Shown here: positions 18,155 through 27,567 of the stretch, in pieces
How the letters are laid out: every line of letters starts with the position of its first letter
How positions within the stretch are numbered: position 1 is the first letter of the stretch
IMG/VR virus record: IMGVR_UViG_3300031800_000001
Coordinates: 32,001-96,000 of that record
Direction: 5' to 3' (one strand)
DNA: 64,000 nt
From: a virus
Translations under genes and position numbers: made by a program
The notes under the pieces: generated by a model
Seen by the model: only the letters and a program-made list of their open reading frames with translations
Databases searched by the model: none
What the model was told of the DNA's origin: nothing

Positions 18155-19333
18155 ATGAAGCTTAAATTAAAAGAAACACCGGAACAAGTAGAGCTCGTAA
18201 GAGCCCTTGGCTCTAGAAATCCTGCGATTTCTCAAGAAGCCAACGAGGCTTTTGCTGCGTTTATCGGTCCCGTCGTGAGTAAGGTCCTGAATGAAGCTGG
18301 AACTTCTAGCGCCATTTATACCGATACCGTATTCGACGAAGACGATCACCCGAGCTACCCACTTGACCTATATTACAATACGGACAAGGGCTTTATCAGC
18401 GTTTGGTCCCAAGACGTTGCTGGCGGTCTTCCGTCATCCAACGCGATGGTTCCGATCCAAGAGTTGAAGCTCATGACTTACCGTCTTGACAGTGCTGTTC
18501 ACCTTCACAAACGTTATGCGCGCAAAGCGCGTTTGGACGTCGTGGCGAAGGCTATTGAGCGCATGGCGCAAGAGGTACTTCTTAAACAAGAGCGCAACGC
18601 ATGGTCAGTGATCATGAAGGCCCTCGCAGAGGGAGCCACGAAGAATGGCCGCTCTGTTGCTGCTGGAACAGGCGGATCTCTTCGTCACGTGTTGACTTCG
18701 AGAAACACTGGCGCAACAGCTGAGTTCAGACTGTCTGACCTCAACGACTTGCTGACCAGAGTTAAGAGAATCAACGTCGGTTTTGCTGGTGGTACCCCCG
18801 CTGGCTTGATGGGCAGAGGTTTGACTGATCTGTGGATGAGCCCCGAAGTGATGGCCCAAGTTCGTGCCTTTGCGTTTAACGCAATTCGTACTGACTCTGG
18901 CGCAACCGCCACGAATGCTCAGAATATGCCGGATGCGGCACGGATGGGAGTTTGGAGCTCCGCCGGAATGTCTGAGATTTATGGAGTGTCACTGCATGAG
19001 CTCATCGAGCTTGGTCTTAACGAAAGATACAACGCGCTGTTTGAGACGTTCTTTGACAGTGTTGGCTCTGCTGCCACGAACCTTGACGGTTCCACGAACA
19101 GCATTTCCAACTTCGCGACAGCCTCCCATCAAGTTCTTGTTGGGTTGGATCTGAGCCGCGAGTCGTTTGTTCGTCCAGTTGCTCGTCAGGCTGAAAGTGG
19201 TGGAACGTTCACGGCATTGCCCGATGACCAATTCTACGCCACTCGCGCTGACAAAACAGGCTGGTATGGCTTCCTTGAGGAAGGCAGACTCTGCTTGGAT
19301 GGACGCGCAGTCGTTGGACTGATTCTGGGCTAA
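18155..19333 (+). CDS. major capsid protein
   Basis: 392 aa, GAGG SD, canonical position, followed by a strong terminator; HK97-like long helix DVVAKAIERMAQEVLLKQE. Confidence 0.8.
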   Translation: MKLKLKETPEQVELVRALGSRNPAISQEANEAFAAFIGPVVSKVLNEAGTSSAIYTDTVFDEDDHPSYPLDLYYNTDKGFISVWSQDVAGGLPSSNAMVPIQELKLMTYRLDSAVHLHKRYARKARLDVVAKAIERMAQEVLLKQERNAWSVIMKALAEGATKNGRSVAAGTGGSLRHVLTSRNTGATAEFRLSDLNDLLTRVKRINVGFAGGTPAGLMGRGLTDLWMSPEVMAQVRAFAFNAIRTDSGATATNAQNMPDAARMGVWSSAGMSEIYGVSLHELIELGLNERYNALFETFFDSVGSAATNLDGSTNSISNFATASHQVLVGLDLSRESFVRPVARQAESGGTFTALPDDQFYATRADKTGWYGFLEEGRLCLDGRAVVGLILG

Positions 19334-19350
19334 TTGTTCGGAATAAATTT

Positions 19351-19382
19351 AAGGCCCGGGGGTTTCTCTCCGGGCCTTTTTT
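19351..19382 (+). terminator. intrinsic terminator after MCP
   Basis: aaggcccgggg...ctccgggcc GC-rich stem followed by T6. Confidence 0.85.
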
Positions 19383-19383
19383 C

Positions 19384-19389
19384 GTGTAA
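19384..19389 (+). promoter_or_regulatory. GTGTAA motif immediately after the MCP terminator
   Basis: Positioned to restart transcription for ORF 19410. Confidence 0.55.
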
Positions 19390-19409
19390 CCCTAAGTAAG
19401 GAAAAAGGT

Positions 19410-19835
19410 ATGAAAAGGAAAAAAAATAACACGGAAAAACCTAAGGCTTCCAAGGCAAAAACGCAAAAAAAACCCCGTAAACCTTCTGAATTATCCCAAA
19501 CCCATGGGAGAACAGAAGAACCAGAATTCCAACCCACGACGCTAGATCAAATTTGGGGGGATACGGGAAATGATAAATACGGTACGCTAGACGAAGAAGA
19601 GTATCAAAAAGAATTAGACGAGTTTTCTCTCACAGACCTCCACGCACACGCGTCACAAGTGGGTATAATTCCCATCGACAGCAGAGACATGCTGGAAAGA
19701 AGGCTTGTGAAAGAATTCAACAAACATGTAAACGTCTACAGAAAGCCATACGTCGGATCTTCTACGCCAACTAAGGAAGAAGAAATGAAACGAATCCCCA
19801 AAAAAGTGTGGGATATTTTAAAAGAAGGTAGATAA
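19410..19835 (+). CDS. hypothetical protein
   Basis: 141-aa ORF with its own GTGTAA motif and AAGG upstream. Confidence 0.7.
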   Translation: MKRKKNNTEKPKASKAKTQKKPRKPSELSQTHGRTEEPEFQPTTLDQIWGDTGNDKYGTLDEEEYQKELDEFSLTDLHAHASQVGIIPIDSRDMLERRLVKEFNKHVNVYRKPYVGSSTPTKEEEMKRIPKKVWDILKEGR

Positions 19836-19883
19836 TCTTTTGGATAAGGTTTCGCTTTCTTTCTATTATATTAGGAACAGACC

Positions 19884-20270
19884 ATGGCGACTACTTATGA
19901 CATTACCCTTGTGCAGGGAGAAACCTTAGATCTTCGATTTAAGGTCACAGATTCCGATTCTATTCCAATAAATTTAAGCGGATATTCAGCAAGAGGTGTG
20001 GCCCGAATGGGTTATGGAAACACTGGTATACTGTTGAATCTAAATCCGAAGGTAGTTTCTGGAAGCGACGATGATGCCACCCTTGGCGCAAGTGGGTTTA
20101 TTGACGTTTATATTAGGCCAACCGATACCTCCGGCGTGCCCGTGGTACAGGGGGTGTATGATGTAGAAAAATATCTAACCGTTCCTATTGCGTCAGGAGA
20201 TTGGGAGGCTGAAAAAGTGGTAAAAGGATATTTTAATGTCGTTCCAGAAGTGACAATATCACTACAGTAG
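19884..20270 (+). CDS. small beta-sandwich virion protein (BppU-N-like adaptor)
   Basis: DITLVQGETL...PINLSGYSAR...GVYDVE...VVKGYFNVVPEVT pattern typical of phage fibre adaptors. Confidence 0.6.
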   Translation: MATTYDITLVQGETLDLRFKVTDSDSIPINLSGYSARGVARMGYGNTGILLNLNPKVVSGSDDDATLGASGFIDVYIRPTDTSGVPVVQGVYDVEKYLTVPIASGDWEAEKVVKGYFNVVPEVTISLQ

Positions 20271-20280
20271 GGAACGATAA

Positions 20281-23200
20281 ATGGCTCAAAAGGAAGTATC
20301 TGTACAGATTACGCAATTGAGTGCAAGCGTAGAAGCTGCCTCTTCTGCCGGTGCTTCTGTGTCCCAATCTACATCCAGCGCTACAGTAATCAGCGCCAAA
20401 TCAGCAGGAGCACAGACTATCATGGCTGGGCCTCAGGGGCCAGCAGGGCCATCTGGTATATCTGGCATGCAAGGAATATCCGGTATGTCTGGCACAGGTC
20501 CAATAGGACCAAGTGGAGCTACTGGAGCCTCTGGCATTTCTGGAACGCAAGGAGAACAAGGTTCTCAGGGTGACCAAGGCGACCAAGGGATTCAGGGTCC
20601 AAGCGGAGCTACAGGAGTCTCGGGTATTTCTGGAACGCAGGGCATCCAAGGCCCTTCTGGGGCTACTGGCATTTCGGGTATTTCTGGAATGCAAGGAGGA
20701 CAGGGTATTCAAGGAACCCAAGGCGACCAAGGCGACCAAGGCGACCAAGGAATTCAGGGGCCAAGCGGGGCCACGGGAATTATAGGAGCCACGGGCAGCC
20801 AAGGCCCTATAGGACCGCATATCACAGGAATTAGTGGTAGTGGGACAGGGGTAAGCTTCTTTGTCTCCGGAGGAGGCATCCTCGGGCCAATAAACATACA
20901 AGGACCAAGCGGTGCGACAGGCACTAGTGGAATATCAGGGTTAAAAGGAGACTCGGGACCTCAAGGAGATGTCGGAAGTACTGGACCAACGGGCCCTCAG
21001 GGCTCGCAAGGGGATCAAGGCCTTGTTGGCGGAGACACTTTTAACTTTTATTTTAGTACAGATACCATAGACACAGACCCCACAAATGGATATTTAAAAT
21101 TTGGGAATTCCACCTACTCAAGCATAACCGAAATATACGTCGATGATATGGAAAAAGGTGGAGACTCCATAACTGACTGGGTCGATGCCTTAGATGACGT
21201 TTATCAATCAAGAATAAAAGTTTTCTCGGCTAGTGACGCAGAAAAGTGGGCGGTCTTCAAAGTAGTTTCGGACAACACCGCAAAGGTCGGCTATACCCAA
21301 ATCAATGTTAATTATATAGCTCATAGCGATTTATTCGTAGTAGACGAAGAGGTAGCAATGACTTTTGCGCCAGCCGCACAAGGCCCGAAGGGGGATACTG
21401 GACCGACGGGGCCGGGAGGCGCTCAAGGCGATCAGGGGGATCAAGGGGTTGCTGGAACTAGCGGCATTGGAATCACTGGTATAAGTGGGAGCGGAACAGG
21501 GGTAAGCTTTTTATTATCTGGTGGCGGAACTCTTGGTCCAATAAATATACAGGGCCCATCTGGTTTATCTGGTTTATCTGGAATATCAGGAATGCCGGGA
21601 GGTCTGGGAAGCACAGGCCCTCAAGGAGCTCAAGGTGACAAAGGCGACAAAGGCGACCAAGGCGACCAAGGAATTCAGGGAATCCAAGGACCAAGCGGGG
21701 CCACAGGAGCCACAGGAGCCGTGGGGCCGCACATTACAGGCGTAAGTGGCAGTGGGACAGGGGTAAGCTTTTTAGTCTCAGGAGGAGGCGTCATTGGACC
21801 AATAAATATACAAGGGCCCTCTGGGCTTACAGGAATCTCCGGAATGCCGGGAGGACTAGGAAGCGCGGGTCCCCAAGGCGATCAAGGAATCCAAGGGTCG
21901 CAAGGCATACAAGGAACCCAAGGAGACCAAGGTCTTGTTGGCGGAGATAGCTTCGATTTTTATTGGACTACTGATACGGTAGTTTCTGACCCCGGAAATG
22001 GATACATAAAGTTTGATAATTCAACTTATGCAAATGTACAAAAAGTTTTAGTTGATGACCTAGAAAAAGGAGGGGATTCAATAATCGATTGGGTTAATTC
22101 TTTGGATCACGTAACCGGCTCTAGAATAAAAATATTCGACTCGGCCACTGCCGAAAAATGGGCCGTATTTAGGATAGGAAAAGATAATACTGCTGGAGCA
22201 GGATATACCCAGCTTAATGTCAATTATATAGCTCATAGTGACTCTTTCACGTTAAACGAGGCAGTCACATTAACCTATGCACCAGCGGCCAGTGGAGCAC
22301 CGGGGGATGCCGGACCAGCAGGGCCTTCGGGAGCTACGGGAGCTACAGGCGTGGCGGGAGAGGGAACAGGGGACTTCGGTGGATATAGCTTTAGTTTTTA
22401 TTATAATAGCGGGTATTCAGAAGCTCTTTGGTCCGAGGGGCCGGGAACCAGCGGGCTTAAGTTGGTGACTCCGAATAATGATATACGTGACACGTCGGGC
22501 ATAGATATATCTTATACTAATTATCGCGGGGGAGATGCTACTTACTGGCTTGAAGATTTTGGAAATTATGGTGATGTAGCAAATAGAGGCATATTAAAAT
22601 TATTCCATCGAGATAAAGTCAATGTAGAGTGGGCTGCATTTTTGATTACTGGCCAGCCTGCAAGCCGTGATTCTTGGTCAAACGTAGGAGTTACATGGAA
22701 GTCCTCGTCGTCGAGCAGTCCGCCATTGTTTACTCACTCTGGGGAAACCGTAGTCTCTTTCGTTCCAGCTGGCCCAACCGGACAAGCAGGAGCAGCAGGA
22801 GCAGCAGGAGTAGGCGGCGGTGGCGGTGGTGGTGCTCCAGCCACTGGACATACTGGAGCATTTCAGTTCCATGGAGGCTCTATGAATGACGTTGGCGTGG
22901 GTTCGCTTTCGGGGTCGAATGTACTTTTTGAAGGGCACGACTTCAACCAATCGACTACCGGATTTGAATACGCAAACGCAATAGGGATTGGTCAGGAATT
23001 TCAAGAGCTAGCCCTCGGAAACATAGCTCAGTACCCGAACCCAGTCACGCCGGAGTACATCTTAGATTGCGGCATGTCGGGAACGTTGGACGTAAGGGGC
23101 GAGGTGTGGGTCAGTGGAAACCTTGTGCCTCATGTAAGCGGAGGCTTTAATTTGGGCTATAATGAGCCCGCCGGTCTCGGGGCAGAAACAAGAGGTAAAT

Positions 23201-24327
23201 GGTGGGGGGAGATCTTTGCAGATAGTGGGACTTTTCATGGGGCCGCAGTTAACTCGCTTGACGTTATAAATCACGGGGCAAGAGTAAGCATCGGGGCAAG
23301 CCCCGACTACATGTATGGATCGGCAGGCGGATCATTATATTGTCCTACCGGCTATTTTGACAAGATAGGATCATGGCTAGATGCACAGGGACAACCCCCA
23401 CTGAATACAACTATGCATGGAGTTTTCCTTCACCAAAATTGTCTGCATTTCTCGCCAGAGCTTGACGGAGGGGCAGATCTTGGAACCCCAGATTTATATT
23501 GGAGCAGTTTGTATTTAAACAACAACAGTCTCGTAATGTCAGGCGTAGGAATGACCGGCGCTGTGCATATCGGGTTCGATAATGATCACAACCTTAGAAT
23601 AAGCGCACCAAAGACTGGGAACGAAGTAACGATAAGCGGAACACCCTTAACGGGTTATTCTCCTAATACCGTGGCCGACATAAGGTTCTCCGGCACTGGA
23701 CTGTCGGAGGCCACAACGCTAAGGGCCAATAGCGTTGGAGAGCTAACTATATCAACCCAAGGAGACGCAGGTGGGCAGACAACTATTTCTAATGCTAAAA
23801 TAACTTCGCCAATTTTTTCTGGAAACTCTGGGGTTTTTCGATCAGGAATAAACCTAACAAACACTGATCTTGGCATAACATATTTTGACGTACATGATGA
23901 TGGTAATGCAGTAGGAGACATGACATTCTGTGGTCAAGTTAATCAATGCGTAGAAGACTTGGGGGAATTTGGCGAGACCGGATGGGTACCGGACCCATAT
24001 GGTATAGGCATGGGTGGTACTGGATTCAGCATAAATATGGCTGGCAGCAACATGAAGAAATTCAACTTATGCTCGCATGCTCGCGGGCTTAATTTGACGA
24101 ACATAAAGGCTGGGCGTTCAGTGACAATCCAGATCTTCGCAACAGACGGCTGTTTGACAGCAGACGATAATTATTACAGATTTTTAAGCGGTAACAACCT
24201 CAATTTTGTGGGAATTGAGCCGCATACCCTAAAGATAGGAAAAATGGGGCTACTGACAATAACCGCATACGGCACCGGCGCTAGCTCTTGCGTTTGTCAC
24301 TGGGCTGAATCGGATTACACGGTTTAA
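20281..24327 (+). CDS. collagen-like (Gly-X-Y) tail/head fibre protein
   Basis: Long GXY tracts (GPSGATG, GDQ, GIQ, GIS) interrupted by repeated globular modules; C-terminal small beta domain. Confidence 0.85.
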   Translation: MAQKEVSVQITQLSASVEAASSAGASVSQSTSSATVISAKSAGAQTIMAGPQGPAGPSGISGMQGISGMSGTGPIGPSGATGASGISGTQGEQGSQGDQGDQGIQGPSGATGVSGISGTQGIQGPSGATGISGISGMQGGQGIQGTQGDQGDQGDQGIQGPSGATGIIGATGSQGPIGPHITGISGSGTGVSFFVSGGGILGPINIQGPSGATGTSGISGLKGDSGPQGDVGSTGPTGPQGSQGDQGLVGGDTFNFYFSTDTIDTDPTNGYLKFGNSTYSSITEIYVDDMEKGGDSITDWVDALDDVYQSRIKVFSASDAEKWAVFKVVSDNTAKVGYTQINVNYIAHSDLFVVDEEVAMTFAPAAQGPKGDTGPTGPGGAQGDQGDQGVAGTSGIGITGISGSGTGVSFLLSGGGTLGPINIQGPSGLSGLSGISGMPGGLGSTGPQGAQGDKGDKGDQGDQGIQGIQGPSGATGATGAVGPHITGVSGSGTGVSFLVSGGGVIGPINIQGPSGLTGISGMPGGLGSAGPQGDQGIQGSQGIQGTQGDQGLVGGDSFDFYWTTDTVVSDPGNGYIKFDNSTYANVQKVLVDDLEKGGDSIIDWVNSLDHVTGSRIKIFDSATAEKWAVFRIGKDNTAGAGYTQLNVNYIAHSDSFTLNEAVTLTYAPAASGAPGDAGPAGPSGATGATGVAGEGTGDFGGYSFSFYYNSGYSEALWSEGPGTSGLKLVTPNNDIRDTSGIDISYTNYRGGDATYWLEDFGNYGDVANRGILKLFHRDKVNVEWAAFLITGQPASRDSWSNVGVTWKSSSSSSPPLFTHSGETVVSFVPAGPTGQAGAAGAAGVGGGGGGGAPATGHTGAFQFHGGSMNDVGVGSLSGSNVLFEGHDFNQSTTGFEYANAIGIGQEFQELALGNIAQYPNPVTPEYILDCGMSGTLDVRGEVWVSGNLVPHVSGGFNLGYNEPAGLGAETRGKWWGEIFADSGTFHGAAVNSLDVINHGARVSIGASPDYMYGSAGGSLYCPTGYFDKIGSWLDAQGQPPLNTTMHGVFLHQNCLHFSPELDGGADLGTPDLYWSSLYLNNNSLVMSGVGMTGAVHIGFDNDHNLRISAPKTGNEVTISGTPLTGYSPNTVADIRFSGTGLSEATTLRANSVGELTISTQGDAGGQTTISNAKITSPIFSGNSGVFRSGINLTNTDLGITYFDVHDDGNAVGDMTFCGQVNQCVEDLGEFGETGWVPDPYGIGMGGTGFSINMAGSNMKKFNLCSHARGLNLTNIKAGRSVTIQIFATDGCLTADDNYYRFLSGNNLNFVGIEPHTLKIGKMGLLTITAYGTGASSCVCHWAESDYTV
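20821..21825 (+). repeat. three copies of a ~31-aa repeat ITG[IV]SGSGTGVSFxxSGGGxxGPINIQGPSG (starting 20821, 21472, 21733)
   Basis: Visible in both protein and DNA (cagggg-taagctt in all three copies). Confidence 0.85.
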
Positions 24328-24329
24328 CG

Positions 24330-25382
24330 ATGTTCATTACACAGCCACGGAATTGCGCTCTTATTGGAAGCATACCATCAGGAATATTTGAAGGTGACGG
24401 TTCAATTCTTCCGAAGACAACTGGGCACTCGACTTCCGATAACGGCGGAACAAAGCTGGTTGGGTACTTTAACCCAAATGATACAGGTAACGTGTCGGGC
24501 TCGACATACAACAACCTAGTTAGTGGTGAAATGGACTTGGCCATCTACAACGGAATGTCTTATACCACGGGATTTGTCGATGGAGCGGGTTTCTGGAGCG
24601 AAACAAGCGGCACGTTGTTTGACGGCAAAATCGTGGACGCGTCGGATTTTAGACTTACTCGTTATTTTGAGAGCGATGGAGCGGATGATTTTTTAGGACC
24701 TATGTTGTCGTTTTCCGAAGGCTACATCCCCGACGTCCAAGAAACGGGTCTTTATTTAAATGCCGGTGACGGACCCTCGCCTCACGGTGGATATCAAAAT
24801 CACGGTTGGGCGATGTGTATGTGGGTAAATTTTCCTCAGCAAGCTTGGGGAACGAGTGGTAATGTTTTGTTTAGCTGTGGACGCGATGTTATGGATGATA
24901 GATCAACCCTAGCATATACTCTAGAGACGGGGTTTGCATATCAATTTGGTTTGGGGGCAACATATGCCGACACGCAAACACATATTAAACCAATAGAAGC
25001 CGATAGATGGTATTTTGTTGCGTATCAAAACAACGGCACTCGCAGCTTTCTTTACAATGATGATGGAACCGAGATCTCCGTTGATGGCAAGATCCTTCCT
25101 CTCCGACACGAATATGGTGAGTTTTTAAAGCAGGGGAGGTATGCTATGCCAATATACATAGGGGGGTACTACGAGCAGTACGAAATAGACCCACCACTAG
25201 CCGAAAGGGCATATGATGTATCTAAATCAGGAACAAAATTCGGAATGATGCTCCTATACAGCGGCGAAATAGGAATCAATAGAATTATACAAAATTATAT
25301 AGCTACAAGAGATATGTATAACAGAAATAGCGGAGAAAAAGATCCATATTTTGTAGAAAGCCAAGATACATTTACATATTAA
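24330..25382 (+). CDS. LamG/concanavalin-A-like lectin-fold protein
   Basis: LVGYFNP, YFESDGADDF, WAMCMWV, RWYFVA and FGMMLLY...IIQNY. Confidence 0.7.
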   Translation: MFITQPRNCALIGSIPSGIFEGDGSILPKTTGHSTSDNGGTKLVGYFNPNDTGNVSGSTYNNLVSGEMDLAIYNGMSYTTGFVDGAGFWSETSGTLFDGKIVDASDFRLTRYFESDGADDFLGPMLSFSEGYIPDVQETGLYLNAGDGPSPHGGYQNHGWAMCMWVNFPQQAWGTSGNVLFSCGRDVMDDRSTLAYTLETGFAYQFGLGATYADTQTHIKPIEADRWYFVAYQNNGTRSFLYNDDGTEISVDGKILPLRHEYGEFLKQGRYAMPIYIGGYYEQYEIDPPLAERAYDVSKSGTKFGMMLLYSGEIGINRIIQNYIATRDMYNRNSGEKDPYFVESQDTFTY

Positions 25383-25430
25383 AAATAATTAGCAAGAACA
25401 CGATCTGAACCCTAAAATAGAAAGAAGAAG

Positions 25431-26345
25431 ATGGATCTAGGAAAGAAAAATAAACAAATATTTGTAAAACAAATAAGCACATCAGGATGGGAGCAAGGCG
25501 GAGCCCATACTGACTATGAGAATGTTTTCAAAATAGGAAATCCGGGTGACGGAATATTTATTTCTTCAGAAGGAGATAGATTTACAATAACCAGCATTAC
25601 TGGCTCAAACATCACCGGCAGTTTCGCAAGCTCGGGGATTTATGTGGGAAACACAGAGAACACTCTTCTTTTCAAATCTGTAATAGGAGGCAGTGGAATA
25701 CAAATCACCGGTTATACGGGGGATTTGGTTATAGACTTTACGGGTAAACCTAGCCCAGAAGGACAAAACATAGGTACTGATTCGTCGGCTACTGGTTTAA
25801 GTGGGGTATTTAGGGGGATAGACCAAGCGGCGGATGGAACTAGTATTTTCCAATTCAGAAGCTTAACTGGTGCCGGAAATATTATTATCACAGGCGACAC
25901 GGGTAGATTAATTATAAGCGGAAATAATAGCGCCGGCGCTGGAGGTGGCGGAGGTGGCGGGGGTGGCTATACGGGTCATCATATTTATAGTGGAGGAACA
26001 AATCCGGAAGATAGCGGAATTGGGATGATTGAGCAGAGCGGATTTACGGGAAGTTTTGCGCAGTCATTTTCGCAAATGATGGTAACCGGAGATATAACTG
26101 GATTTAGTATGTCCGGAATGACAACTGGTGCGGCAGCCACAATAATGATAACCTGCCCAACCGGAAATAACGTAAGCTTCATGAACGAATTCACATTCAT
26201 AGGAGAAGAACCCGTGGCTTTTCACTCTGGAAAAACAGGCCTACTTGTTTTTACTTGCTTTGGCACTGGAGGCCCCGGGATTTCCCCACATGAGCACAAT
26301 ACGCTTCCAAGCGGAGTGTTAGCGGCATACGGAGTACAGGATTAA
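25431..26345 (+). CDS. short fibre protein, extremely S/T-G rich
   Basis: LLFKSVIGGSGIQIT / FQFRSLTGAGNIIIT fibre repeats; C-terminal domain similar to that of 20281..24327. Confidence 0.75.
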   Translation: MDLGKKNKQIFVKQISTSGWEQGGAHTDYENVFKIGNPGDGIFISSEGDRFTITSITGSNITGSFASSGIYVGNTENTLLFKSVIGGSGIQITGYTGDLVIDFTGKPSPEGQNIGTDSSATGLSGVFRGIDQAADGTSIFQFRSLTGAGNIIITGDTGRLIISGNNSAGAGGGGGGGGGYTGHHIYSGGTNPEDSGIGMIEQSGFTGSFAQSFSQMMVTGDITGFSMSGMTTGAAATIMITCPTGNNVSFMNEFTFIGEEPVAFHSGKTGLLVFTCFGTGGPGISPHEHNTLPSGVLAAYGVQD

Positions 26346-26347
26346 GG

Positions 26348-27325
26348 ATGCATATAACAGACTGGAAAAGCACTGCTTGGCTACGAGCATTGGGACAGAA
26401 GTCTAGTTCAATCGTCGATGACGTTGAATTCAGGCCCGGAAAAGTTATATCCAAAAATCTTATTGGTCACTTTGATCCGAATAATATTTCTTGTTATAAC
26501 GGCGCTGTGGGAGGGGATACATACAGCAATTTGGTGGCCGGTCAGGAAGATTTATGTCTTTGGAATATGGATACGGTGCCGACGTTTGGCGAAACGCCTG
26601 ATTTTGAATCACCGACAAGCACCTCGGTGGGCTATTTTATGGGAGATGGATTAGACAACTATATGCGCGAATGCGGGGGATATGCCGGAGGGTTCGCCCT
26701 TAATGTATCAAACGATTTTACCCTGAATGTCTGGGTTCAAGTGAATGCGGTTGCGCTTGGAAAACTAGGAGGCTCATCGTGTCCAAGATATGGAGGCTAC
26801 ATTGGGGTCGGTGCTATAAACGACAAGTCTAACGGTGGGTGTGCGGTTGGAGTTGTAGGAGACGATAGTGGGAACTACGGCAGGATTGCCCTGTTCGCGC
26901 CGTCGGCGGATAGCCCGGCGGCGTATAGTGATCGCCGCTCAATCGGGTCGAAGATTGAGTCAAATAAATGGTATATGTTTTCACTAGTAAAAGAAGTTCT
27001 TAGTCCAAATTTTGATAGAATTACTTTGTATTTAAATGGGGTTTACCAAAGGTTAATTACGGGGGCGAATTGCACGCAAACTGGCACAGGACAACACAAA
27101 GGAGAACTGATTCCGGCTGGCTATATTGGTGGGGCCCAACAGGTAGTTGTTATGGCTTTATGGCAAGAATATTACGGCATGGGTTCGCCTTCCCCCGCGT
27201 CGAGTGCTAATTTTGGCCACATTTTGGTATACAACAGGGCATTAAAACACTCAGAATTAAGACAAAACTATTTAGCGCTAAATCAACTCTATTATCCATT
27301 TAGAGAAGGAGCAATAATACAATGA
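26348..27325 (+). CDS. LamG/concanavalin-A-like lectin-fold protein
   Basis: LIGHFDP, YFMGDGLDNY, FTLNVWV, KWYMFSLV, ITLYLNG and ILVYNRALKHSELRQNY. Confidence 0.78.
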   Translation: MHITDWKSTAWLRALGQKSSSIVDDVEFRPGKVISKNLIGHFDPNNISCYNGAVGGDTYSNLVAGQEDLCLWNMDTVPTFGETPDFESPTSTSVGYFMGDGLDNYMRECGGYAGGFALNVSNDFTLNVWVQVNAVALGKLGGSSCPRYGGYIGVGAINDKSNGGCAVGVVGDDSGNYGRIALFAPSADSPAAYSDRRSIGSKIESNKWYMFSLVKEVLSPNFDRITLYLNGVYQRLITGANCTQTGTGQHKGELIPAGYIGGAQQVVVMALWQEYYGMGSPSPASSANFGHILVYNRALKHSELRQNYLALNQLYYPFREGAIIQ

Positions 27326-27567
27326 GAGAAGACCTAAAATTTGTTATATTAAACGAGAACGAAGTGGGCTATGTTGACTTCACAGAAGTCCTTCAAACTA
27401 GCCCAGCGTCAATGAGATATTCTTTAGATAGAAGCAAAACATTTGTAAAATATAAAGGGGAGCAGCCCGAGTTTATATTTGAAATTACAAACGATCTAGT
27501 GGGAAGAAAAGAATACTCACACCAAGAGTTTTTGGAAATACTTAGCACAGAAGAATGGAACCGATAA
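27322..27567 (+). CDS. small fibre-associated hypothetical protein
   Basis: ATGA overlap; VDFTEVLQTS...RYSLDRSKTFVKY...YSHQEFLEILSTEEW. Confidence 0.65.
   Translation: MREDLKFVILNENEVGYVDFTEVLQTSPASMRYSLDRSKTFVKYKGEQPEFIFEITNDLVGRKEYSHQEFLEILSTEEWNR

Noticed and set aside
20430-21930. Short DNA tandem repeats as a DGR or CRISPR-like array
   Set aside because: Fully explained by Gly-X-Y coding. No reverse transcriptase is present and no adenine-specific mismatch pattern was noticed.
19841-25418. Sigma70-like promoters TGGATA-N17-TATTAT (19841-19869) and TAGCAA-N17-TAAAAT (25390-25418) before the fibre genes
   Set aside because: The -35 matches are weak in AT-rich DNA and cannot be distinguished from chance without TSS data.
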